Assembly (NCBI GenBank): GCA_052426225.1
Contig: JBNJNM010000021.1
Location: 2,356,001-2,420,000 of the forward strand
Source of the DNA: Zancudomyces culisetae HAW-14-8
Lineage: Eukaryota; Fungi; Kickxellomycota
Reading direction: 5' to 3'
DNA length: 64,000 nt
Both the position numbers and the translations under genes were made by a program. This document shows, piece by piece, positions 1 through 10,264 of this stretch. Under the pieces are notes generated by a model. The model was not told the origin of the DNA and ran no database searches. It saw only the letters and a program-made list of their open reading frames with translations. Each line of letters opens with the position of its first letter. Positions within the stretch are counted from its first letter, which is position 1.

Positions 1-757
1 GTAGAGTTATACATACATTCAAGTGGTTGGGAACAATAAACAAACCATCCCCCAGGAAAAAAGCTAGTTTTATAGTTGTAACAATAATTAAGTACAAGGT
101 ACTTGGTTGTTCTTTAAAAACATAATGTAATACAATTTAAATACCTATAAACCACAGAGTTAGTTTCGAACTTGCCAAAGTACTCAAAAAGTGTAGTGTA
201 TGTTCAAGGATCTTAAAAGATGTCTATGTGTTAATTAGGTGCAATCCTGAGCCCTCATACATTTCTTTTTTTCGGAGGAGTGAGATATGTAGCCTATCCT
301 TCGTTTTTCGAATATTTTCAAGTACAAGAATAAAAAATATATATGTGTAAGAGAAGATAAGAAAGAAAAAAAGATAGAGTTTAGAGACGAAATGTTAATA
401 GAGAGAAGCCTATAACACAACCTTCAATTCTCTCTGCTTCATCCTTTCATCGTCCTTCCATTCCATTCCACTCATCTCTTCTGCTATTCCCTAATTCCCA
501 AAAAAAAACGGCATGAAATATAATTTCCACTCTTTTTATTGATTAATCTTGTTAAAAACTGAGAAGAAATTGGCGGGATTCAGATAATAGTAAAGCATTT
601 GAAATTTTAAGGAGGTAAAGTGTGATTTGCACAAATGAGTTTTTTATATTCTAGCTGACAAATTGTAAAAATTTTTAGCAATCAAATAAATATACAAGGG
701 ATTAATGTATAATTAAAAAAATAGAGTGGAATATGAGTTTTAAATCCATGGCAGATT
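1..757. repeat. Direct segmental duplication of 33622-34375 (upstream region of the RING-H2 gene)
   Basis: Near-identical to 33622-34375 apart from a few substitutions, a 2-nt indel and a divergent patch at ~690-720; similarity stops after 'gcagatt'. Confidence 0.95.
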
Positions 758-1134
758 ATGGTTTGTTCAATATTATGAAATACTAGATAATTGTATTAGT
801 AGAAAAATACTCTTGATGTGTGTATGCCATTTATGAATCTTTCGAACATACTCAACCAAATGACCAAAAAAAATTTCAAAGTAAATTACTTAGAGTACAC
901 ATTTCTGAATCGTTACCATCTAAGTCCTACTGCTGACTTCGCGTCAATTTCAATTGACTTCAATTTTCATTTTTTGATAGATATATGGGTGTGGTGGGTG
1001 GGTATCAAGCGTATTATTCTAATCGTACAATTATGATAGTTTTTGATATTATTCAAACAAACTATAATTGTATTTCGTTTGAAAAATACATTTGATGTGC
1101 ATTCAAAGTGCACTTATGCTAAATAATAAATACC

Positions 1135-1542
1135 TGTCAAGATCTGGAGTCGGTAGTTATATTTTATGTTAAAAAGTTTATTTTATGAATGTATAGAAGA
1201 TACTAGTTACTAAATCCTTGAACAAAAATCGTAAATTTTTAATACTTTTTCTGCTATTAGTTTCGATATTCCAATAATCAAAAACTAAAAGAAATAGAAT
1301 GTAATAGAAAAGATGAGTGAATTTGAATAAATTGTGCTTATGAATCAAGTTGAATTAGTAATCAAAATAAAGTCGATATCGATGGCTGAAAAAATTAAAC
1401 ATATAAAATTAATACAAAATAAAAAATCTATAAGAAAGTTCTGAAATGTTCTAGAATGTTGGGGAACATTCTAAACATTACTGCGGATGTAAATCAGATG
1501 ATTCTAGAACGTTTTCGAACATTCTAGAATCAGTTCATGACA
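1135..1542 (-). repeat. 3' LTR of element A (408 bp)
   Basis: TG...CA ends; homologous to but clearly diverged from 6429-6804; abuts the PPT. Confidence 0.9.
1433..1530. promoter_or_regulatory. Two heat-shock element (nGAAn/nTTCn) arrays in LTR U3
   Basis: 1433-1472: aGAAa gTTCt gAAAt gTTCt aGAAt gTTGg gGAAc aTTCt (6/8 perfect pentamers). 1501-1530: aTTCt aGAAc gTTTt cGAAc aTTCt aGAAt (5/6 perfect). Confidence 0.75.
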
Positions 1543-1556
1543 CGACCTCCCCTCTT
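1543..1556 (-). other. Polypurine tract of element A
   Basis: Minus strand AAGAGGGGAGGTCG directly before the 3' LTR, overlapping the pol stop codon. Confidence 0.85.
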
Positions 1557-4500
1557 AAGGCTGAGCTCCGTGAAGCATTTGTGTTGGCTTTGGTTTTTCA
1601 GGATGGTGACGATGGAATTCAGTGACAAGATATTTTGCATTTGCTAAGTCAGAATATGTTTGCCAGGTACGTTCAGTGTCTGGGTATCCTTTCCAGTGTA
1701 CCAGGTATTTGACAGTTCTACCAAATATTTTACTATCTAGGATTTTCTCAACTTCATATTCTTCTTGGCCATCAATAATCACAGGTAGAAGTGGTTTTGA
1801 TGGTCTGTCTGGAATCAGATCTGGTTTACAAGGTTCAAGGAGATTGACGTGGAATACTGGGTAAATCTTCATTGTGTGTGGTAGCTGGAGTTTGTATGAT
1901 CTTTGTCCAATCTTTTCCAATACTTTGAATGGGCCAAGTTTCCGATAGTCAAGCTTCTTGCTTGGTCTTTGAGTCCTGATGTTTTTAGTTGAGAGATAGA
2001 CAAGATCACCAATGTTGAAGTCAGGTTGTGATGATACTTTTCGGTTGTAGTATTTCTCATGGTCTTCAAGGGCAAGGGAGATGTTAAATTTCAGTTCTTG
2101 ATGGATATCATATAGTAGTTTGGATCTATCAGAGGAAGCAGGATTTAAAACTTGAGTACGAGGAATTGTGACTGAGAAGCGTGGATGGAAGCCATAGTTT
2201 GCGTAGAAAGGTGTGGTCTTAGTAGAAGCATGAGATGTGTTGTTGTAGGCGAATTCAGCAATAGGTAACCACTTTGACCAATCAGTTTGTTGGTAATCAA
2301 TGTAGCACCTGAGATACTGTTCCAATACTGAGTTTACGCGTTCAGTTTGTCCATCTGTCTGAGGATGGAATGCGGTGGACATTTTCTGTTCAATATTCAG
2401 TGATTTCATTAGAGTACGCATGAATGATGAATTGAAGGTTAAACCTCTATCAGATACGATGTCGTTAGGGAGTCCATGTTTGCAGAAGACATGTTGGATA
2501 AACAGATCTGCAGTACCTTCAGCATCAATTTCATTGGTTGTGGGAACAAAATGCGCCATCTTGGTAAGGCGATCCACAAATACACAGATTGCAGTAAAGT
2601 TATTGGATGGAGGTAGCTGAGTGATGAAGTCGACAGAAACAGATGACCAAGGTGAATCAGGAACGGGAAGTGGAGCGAGGTAGCCATATGGTTTATGGCG
2701 AGAGGATTTGTTGCGTTGACAGGTATCGCAACCAGAGATGTAGTCTTTGATATATTTTCTCATGGTTGGCCAGTAAAAGTTGCGAGATACAAGTTCGTAT
2801 GTCTTTGCATTTCCAAAGTGGCCGGCAGCAGGGGAATCATGGCATTCAATCAGGATAGTTCTTTTGATGTTGTCGTCCGAGGGGATACAGATTAGTCCAT
2901 CATAGTGCAGAAGATTGTCAACAAGAGTGTACTTTTCATGAGAATCAGGTTTCTTGGATAAGTCAGTGTAAATGGGTCCAAAGTACGTGTCTTTGGGTTG
3001 TAGTGACTTGATGTTGTTCATGAGCGCGGAGGACAAAGGTTCAACAGGTGTACTAGTCATGGACTTCAAGAATATATCAGAAGGTAGCAATGTTATTTTG
3101 TTTTGGTCAGTACGGGAGTCACCCCCCTTCCAAGGTTGGTCTTTCCGAGAAAGAGCGTCGGCGGCAGTGTTCTGTTTTCCAGGGCGGTACTTGATGACAA
3201 AGTTGAAGTTACTGAGGTATTCTGACCATCTGACTTGGCGGCGACTAAGATTTTTGGTAGTGGAGAAGTATTCCAAGTTTTTATGGTCGGTCATAACAAC
3301 GGTTGGGTGTTCAGAAAATTCAAGGTAGTGGCGCCAGTGAGCAAAAGCGTCGATAATTGCTAACAGTTCCTTATCATAGATTTGATAATTCACTTCAGCA
3401 GGCAGGAGTTTCCGGGAGTAGTATGCAACAGGGTGGAGTTGTCCCTCGTTGTCATACTGGCTGCAAATGGCACCTAATGCAAAATCTGATGCATCGGTTT
3501 CGATGATACAAGGCTGGTCAGGATTGTAGTGAGCTAAGACTGGGTTACTGATCATGGTTTCTTTTAGCAAGGCGAAAGCTTCTTCAGCTTTGGGTGTCCA
3601 CTGGAATTGGACACCTTTTTTCAACAAGGCGGTGAGCGGCAGAGATATCTTGGAGTAGTTCAGAATAAAACGGCGGTAGAAGTTTGTAAGGCCAAGGAAT
3701 ACTGAACGTCACGGACACAAGTTGGTGTCTTCCATTCGGTGACGCTGGATACTTTTGATGGATCCATAGAGATTCCGTTCGGGCCAATTACAAAACCGAG
3801 GAACTGTACTGATTGTACATCAAACTCACATTTCTCTAGCTTGAGGGTGAGATTGTGTTCCTGAAGCTTCTTCAAGACAAGGCAGACGTGGTCATAGTGC
3901 TTATCGATATCATCTGAGTAGTTAACAGATCATCGATGTACACAACAAGGAATTGATCAATGTATTCACGGAAGAGATCGTTAACAAAGAACTGGAACGT
4001 GGCTGGAGCATTCATAAGGCCAAACGGCATGACCTTATACTCGAAGTGGCCGTAGCGTGTACGAAACGCGATCTTCCATTCTTCACCAGGCGAGATCCTG
4101 ATCATGTGGTATGCGGATTTCATATCCAGCTTGGTGAATATCTTGGCTTTGCCAAGCCGATTCAAGGTTTCAGAGATGAGTGGCAAGGCTGCACGGTTGG
4201 GGACAGAGATCTAATTCAGGGCTCTATAGTCGACGCACAACCGGAGACTACCATCTTTCTTTTTTACAAATAGGACGGGAGCCCCAGCCGGGGATTCAGA
4301 GCGTTGGATAAAACCATTGGCTAGGTTTTCCTGAATGTAGTCGTACAGGGTCTTTAGTTCCAATTGGGAGAGGTTGTACAATGGGCCATATGGTATCTTT
4401 GAGTCAGGAAGCAAAGGAATGGTATGATCATATGGACGATGTTCAGGCAGTTTGGCAGATTGGGATTCAGAGAAGACAGATTCAAACATTTTATACTTTT

Positions 4501-5170
4501 CAGGGATTACAGGAGTAACAGGGTTTTCAAGAGAAGATTCAGAGACAAGACAGAGATTTTCACAAGATTTAGGAGCTACAAGGGATTCAAGATTGTTCAC
4601 GGTAATTGCACCAGCATAGACAGTGTCTGGTGCCTTCAGATGTTCTTTAAACTGGTTTGAGCCCACAAGAGAGATGTCTAGGTTGACATGGTTGGGCCCA
4701 CAAGAAGTCAAGGTACAAGGCAGATGGACTATGTTCTCAGTCCAGTTGATGTCAGGATTGTGTTGTTGAAGCCAGGAAAGACCAAGGATGATTGGTGAAG
4801 ATCCAAGGTCTAGTTGTTGCAGATAGATACTTTTGAGATGGTTATCATTGATTTTTAGTGTTACTTGGGAGGCAGAGTTGGATCTAAGCTTTGATCCGTC
4901 GGCGAGAGTGATTGTCATTTTTCTAGATATAGATGGTAGATTGTTTTTTAGAGCAAAGGTGGCGTCAATGAACGAGGACGAAGCACCAGAGTCAACCATA
5001 GCGTAGGTTTTGATGTGATGGTGCTTGGTCAAGATGGTTACAGGAATGATCAAGATGTTTGGTTTATCAGGAGATTGGGTGTCAGAAACAGGAGTGGTTA
5101 CAGTGGCGTGGGGACTGGCTAAGTTGCCCAATAGTTGTCCCTTACTGTCTACTGGGCGGTGTCGTTTTCC
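1555..5170 (-). pseudogene. pol: pol (PR-RT-RH-IN-chromodomain) of element A, broken
   Basis: ORF pieces 4211-5131, 3872-4186, 3660-3875 and 1555-3627 give consecutive pol motifs; stop at 4211 and frameshifts near 3925 and 3700. Confidence 0.92.
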
Positions 5171-6368
5171 TGTGTTGGTGTAATGCTGGAGATGTTGTGA
5201 CGTTTCTTTGGACAGTTGATGTTGAAATGGTCATTACCGCCACAATACAGACAGAGGTTGTTTTCGATACGGTATGCTCTTTGAGCAGGAGTAAGTGGTG
5301 GTCTTTTAGTCGATGAAGCGGTACTGAGATCCATTGGTTGCGGTCCATCACTATTAGCTGGTGGAGTGGTAGATGGTGCAGAAACAGGTGAAGCAAACGG
5401 GTTGTAAGCAGTGGGTTTGGGTGGCATAGTTGCAGTGGGATTAACTGGAGGTTGACGACGTTGTGGATGGCTGAAGAGGCGGTTGTCGATCTGGATGGCT
5501 GTGGAGATCAGGGTTTCGATGTCTTCTATTGGTTCTCTACGGTTGAGTTCCTGGGATACGTTGTACTTGAGACCGGATAGAAACTGTGAGATAAGTGGTG
5601 GTTGGTTCCAGTCAATTAACATCTGTAGGCGTCTAAACTCGGTGGCATATGCGGCAACGGAAGTGGTTTGGCGGAGTTGGCGGATTGCCCTATCAGCATT
5701 CTCAATAGGGTTGGGATCACCAAAGGCACGAGTGATAGTTTCTTTAGACAGATTGTAGTTGGAGAGGATGGCAGGACGGTCAGACTCTGGAAGGTTTGCT
5801 TTCTGAGGTAAGGTTCCATGTAACTGAATGGTGTGCCTGAGAGGTAGGAGATGGAATACAAGACTTTACTTGAGTCAGTGTTGAATTTGTCGGGTGAAGC
5901 GGCAAAGACGAGAGCAAGCTGTGAAAAGAAGTTGGAACAGGCGGAGGGTTTTCCTGAAAATGTGTCTGGGTGTCTTACTTTGATACTAGGTTTAGAAGTA
6001 CTAGCAGGTTTGGTGGCACGGTTTTCAGTTATATAAAGTATGACTTCGTTCCTGAGGGTACTGAGCTGGTCCTGAAGGGATTGGATTTCCAACTGGTTGG
6101 CCTGTATGGCGCTTTGGGTCAGCTGGTCTGAATTCTGGATATCGGACTGGAGGTTTTTCATGGAGTCAAGAATGGTCTGGATGGACTTGGTGGTGTCTGC
6201 TTTGACCTTGTCATAAATTTTCTTGGATACTGTGGCAGGGTGTTCCTTGATGGCAGACTCGGCTTTTTCTACTCTTATTAGTAGTTGCTGGAGGGCTTCT
6301 TCAACTGCTGGCAGGGTCACGGCGGCTTTGTTGAGGAATTCAACTTGTTCTGGGCTAAACGGTTCCAT
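5149..6368 (-). pseudogene. gag: gag of element A, frameshifted
   Basis: ORFs 5616-6368 (PDTFSG..FFSQL capsid motif) and 5149-5622 ([18 protein letters not shown] zinc knuckle) joined through frameshifts. Confidence 0.9.
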
Positions 6369-6417
6369 GGTTAAAATACTTTGGCTGGTGTCAGAAAATA
6401 ATAAATATAATATTTTG

Positions 6418-6426
6418 ATCTAGTAT
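6418..6426 (-). other. Self-priming PBS of element A
   Basis: ATCTAGTAT (6418-6426), 2 nt from the LTR edge, is the reverse complement of ATACTAGAT at 6497-6505 in the LTR, ~30 nt downstream of a minus-strand TATAAAA (~6536-6542). Confidence 0.65.
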
Positions 6427-6428
6427 AG

Positions 6429-6804
6429 TGTCAAGATCTGGAGTCTGGAGAGTTATATTTATTATTATTAATGTTTATTGTATGAATGTATAGTAGATAC
6501 TAGATACTGAATCAAAGACAGGAAAATTGTACCCTTTTTATACTTTTTTTCAGCCTTGGTTTTTGAACAAAATCACTATGAAAACTGCGGAATAGCTAAA
6601 AATGAAAGGTAAAGAAAAACGTGTATGATTACTAATCAAATTGGATTAGTAATCAAACAAAAATCAAATATGAATGCTAATAAAATTAAACGTGTCTAAA
6701 TTATTACGTAAGAAAAATTAATAAATAATGTGAATTTTCGGTAATGATCTAGAATGTTGGGGAACATTCTAAACATTACTGCGGAATAGAATCAGTTCAT
6801 GACA
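6429..6804 (-). repeat. 5' LTR of element A (376 bp)
   Basis: TG...CA ends; TATA and AATAAA on the minus strand; lacks the second HSE block present in 1135-1542. Confidence 0.9.
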
Positions 6805-8191
6805 AGCAGTTTCAATGGACTTTATAGTTGACTTACCTTGTTCAGAAGGTTGTACTGTTATCTTAGTGGTAGTAGATCGATTAACTAAGATGGCACACTT
6901 CGTACCTATTAGATCTACACCAACTGCCTTAGAAACTGCCAAAAATTTTATTAAACATATATTTAAACTTCATGGGATGCCACAGAACATAGTTTCAGAT
7001 CGTGGAACACAATTTGTTTCAAAATTTTGGAAAGAACTAACACGCCTACTTAAAATATCTTTGAGTATGACTTCAGCACTATACGCTCAGTATGATGGGC
7101 AGACTGAGCGTGTAAATCAAATCCTCGAACAGTATTTACGCTGTTTTATCAATTTTCAACAGGACAACTGGGTTCAACTGTTACCTTTGGCTGAATTCGC
7201 ATATAACAATGCGACATATTCAAGTTCCAAAGTTAGCCCTTTCTACTCCAATTATTGTTATAATCCTAACTTAACTTTAGATAGTACAATTGAATCTCCA
7301 GTTCCTCAAGCAGAAGAGTTTATTAAGCATTTAAAAAATATTCAATCCGAGCTAACTGTTCAATTATGCAAGGCTAAAAATAATTATAAAAGATTTGCAG
7401 ATCTTAAAAGAAAAGATTCACAAGACTTTACAATAGGAAAAAAGGTCTGGTTATAACAACAAAATATTAAATCTACTAGACCATGTCGGAAGTTGGATTA
7501 TAAGTACATTGGTCCTTTTGAGATTATGGAAATTATAAATCCAGTTGCTGTTAAACTTCGTTTACCTCCAAGTATGCGAATACATCCTGTATTTCACATA
7601 TCACTGTTGAAACCACACAAAACTACCTCATTTTCTAATCGTGTACAAGATCCTCCACCACCTGTTATTGTTAATGATCAGATAGAATATGAAGTATCAG
7701 AGATTTTAGATTCTAAAACTGTTCACGGCAAATTAAATTATTTAATTGATTGGAAGGGTTATCTTCCAGAAGAAAGAACTTGGGAATACGCGACAGATGT
7801 ACACGCTCCTGGATTAATTAAACAATTTTACAGACTATATCCGAATAAACCACGTTGATTAGCCTTAAGAGGGAGTAATGTCATGAATATGACATGAAAT
7901 GATTTTGAATTAGTATTGTTACAATACTGAATCAAAACACTTATTTTAATTTAAACATTTTGTTGTTTTAATCATTTACTTAAGTAATGATACTAACACA
8001 AAACCAAAATTATAATTATAACATTAATCTTACATTAGTTAATTATAATATTAGTACATGTTTTTATTAGTAATATTTATTGAATATATAAAGTAATATT
8101 TTTTCGCTATGAAATCCTTAGCGATAAAATGTTATCATATTCTAAATAAAATATTTTCAAGCAACAATAGTACCTAGTGTCAATCGTGACA
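6805..8191 (+). mobile_element. 3' half of chromovirus B (integrase, chromodomain, PPT, 3' LTR)
   Basis: Begins mid-integrase (A-V-S-M-D-F-I-V-D-L-P) at the edge of element A's LTR; ORFs 6815-7456 and 7493-7858; PPT AAGAGGGAGTAA at 7867-7878. Confidence 0.88.
7879..8191 (+). repeat. 3' LTR of element B (~313 bp)
   Basis: TGTCATGA...TCGTGACA directly after the PPT; the sequence after 8191 switches abruptly to family A pol. Confidence 0.8.
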
Positions 8192-8529
8192 CCATCTTTC
8201 TTTTTTACAAATAAGACGGGAGCCCCAGCCGGGGATTCAGAGCGTTGGGTAAAACCATTAGCTAGGTTTTCCTGGATGAGGTCATACAGGGTCTTTAGTT
8301 TCAATTGGGAGAGGTTGTACAATGGGCCATATGGTATCTTTGAGTCAGGAAGCAAAGGAATGGTATGATCATATGGACGGTGTTCAGGCAGTTTGACAGA
8401 TTGGGATTCAGAGAAGACAGATTCAAACATTTTATACTTTTCAGGGATTACAGGAGTAACAGAGTTTTCAGGATTAGATACAGAGACAAGACAGAGATTT
8501 TCACAAGATTTCGGATCTACAATGGATTC
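8192..8529 (-). pseudogene. Fragment of a second family A copy (PR-RT junction)
   Basis: Colinear, highly similar copy of 4251-4588; cut on the left by LTR B and on the right by another LTR-like start, TGTCAGGATC at 8530. Confidence 0.9.
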
Positions 8530-9024
8530 TGTCAGGATCAGACAACTAGGTAATAATTTATTTTATTTTAATAAGTTATTAAAAGTAGTATATATCTTTT
8601 GAAGTTATTTTATTCTGAAGTTATCTTTCATTAAAAACTATGGCTATATAAACTTTTTTCAAAACTACTTAAAACTATGAAAATCATTGTTAAAACTACA
8701 GTGAGATATAAAAATGTCGCAAAATATTGATAATACTTTTCAAAGTGTAATATCTCGCTCAATTTATCCAGAAATTATATTTTTTTATATTATAAATGCA
8801 CAAATATTATATTATAATTTTAATTGATATTAATATTATTGGTTAAAAATTCATTATGAAATTATAAATTGAAAAAATTTTAAAAATGAGACAAATTTGG
8901 GAATTTCAATAAAACAATTTAAACTATCATAACTTTATGAATTCAAATTTTAAATTTTTAAAACTTTTACATATTTTAATATATAACAACATTATACTAA
9001 TCAAAAGTGTAATTTATTTAAAAA

Positions 9025-9526
9025 ATGATATCTGAACAACGTAAACTGGATATAAAATTCGCGATACTTGAAGGCAGAAGCATTGACCAAATCATAATAG
9101 TAAATGGAGTTAGTAAAGCAAAATATACAGAATTAAAGCAGCAATGAATATCAATTTACCGGCTAATAAACGCAGTCATCCAGCGAAGCTTTCACCCCAA
9201 AGCAAGCGAATATGTACTAGGATGATATTATCTGGAGAGTATCGATCTGCTACTTCGATACAAAAGAAGTTAGAAATGGATAATATTGTTAGTGCTAGTA
9301 AGTCTACAATATATAGGGCTTTTAATGAACTAAATGCTGTTGCAAAAAAAAAAACCTCCAAACCGAAACTGAGCCTTAAAAATATTGCAAAAAGGTTATG
9401 ATTCGCAAAATATCATCACCAATGGACTACTGATGATTGGAGGCAATTAATTTGGTCCGACAAAACTAAAATCAACCGATTTGGATCTAATGGAAATGAA
9501 TGGACTTGGGTTTGTGATGGTGTGAG
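9025..9526 (+). pseudogene. Tc1 transposase, N-terminal half
   Basis: HTH region (S-K-S-T-I-Y-R), then KKKTSKPKLS..KRL*FAKYHHQWTTDDWRQLIWSD-TKINRFGSNG; stop and frameshift present. Confidence 0.88.
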
Positions 9527-9666
9527 TGTCACAGAACGAGATTTATTGAATAAACAAGTTGTAATTCTTAGATAATTACAACGAAGCATAAACGAAATGA
9601 TTAAATATAAGATAAAATATGAAGATTAATTATGGGTATTAAGAAGTAATATTATTGGCTATAACA
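9527..9666 (-). repeat. 3' LTR of element C (140 bp)
   Basis: TGTCAC...ATAACA; identical by eye to 15399-15538. Confidence 0.96.
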
Positions 9667-10264
9667 TTATCCCCCTCCCAAAAAAGTATTAAAAGTTTTT
9701 TTTTAAACTACCAGTCAAGTAGAGAAACTTTGTATTAAATTAATATATATATATATATTTATTTTTTTTTTTTATTTTTTTTATATATTTTGTTATATAT
9801 AAAAATATATAACAATCGAATAAAGGGATATTCGACTTGAATTTATTTATCGAAGCTAACGTTGAGAGCCATACCATTCGGTAATTCGCGAATCAATACC
9901 GGCTTCCTATTGGAAATTTAGAAGAGGTGGGAGGCTCCGGAGCTCGCTTGCGCTTGCGCACATTGGCCGCCTATAACCCCACATTCTTACCAGCTGATTC
10001 GTCTTCTCCCTGACGATCTTACAGCAAACTCTCTTTATTATTAAGCGAGTTGGTTCGATTTTAATTTTTCATTTTGTCAGGGGGAAGTTGGCATATTTAT
10101 ACTTTTTTAAAAATTTTGAAATTTTTGAAATTTTTTTTCAAAATTTTTTTCGGTTATGGGTAAATTTTGTTTAATTTTGATTTTGATTTTGATTTTGATT
10201 TCGATTTTGTTTTTGTTAGTTTTTTTTTTTTTTTTTTTTTTTGAGTTAAATTTTTCAAAACTTC

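Larger units (their letters stand above)
1135..6804 (-). mobile_element. Ty3/gypsy chromovirus LTR retrotransposon A (decayed, probably chimeric)
   Basis: TGTCAAGATCTGGAG...TGACA LTRs at 1135-1542 and 6429-6804; gag (CCHC), PR (DSGA), RT (YIDD), RNase H, integrase, chromodomain; PPT next to the left LTR; no matching TSD (ATACC vs AGCAG). Confidence 0.93.

Noticed and set aside
10008-10030. Hammerhead ribozyme core (CTGACGA)
   Set aside because: No properly placed GAAA and no stems I-III.
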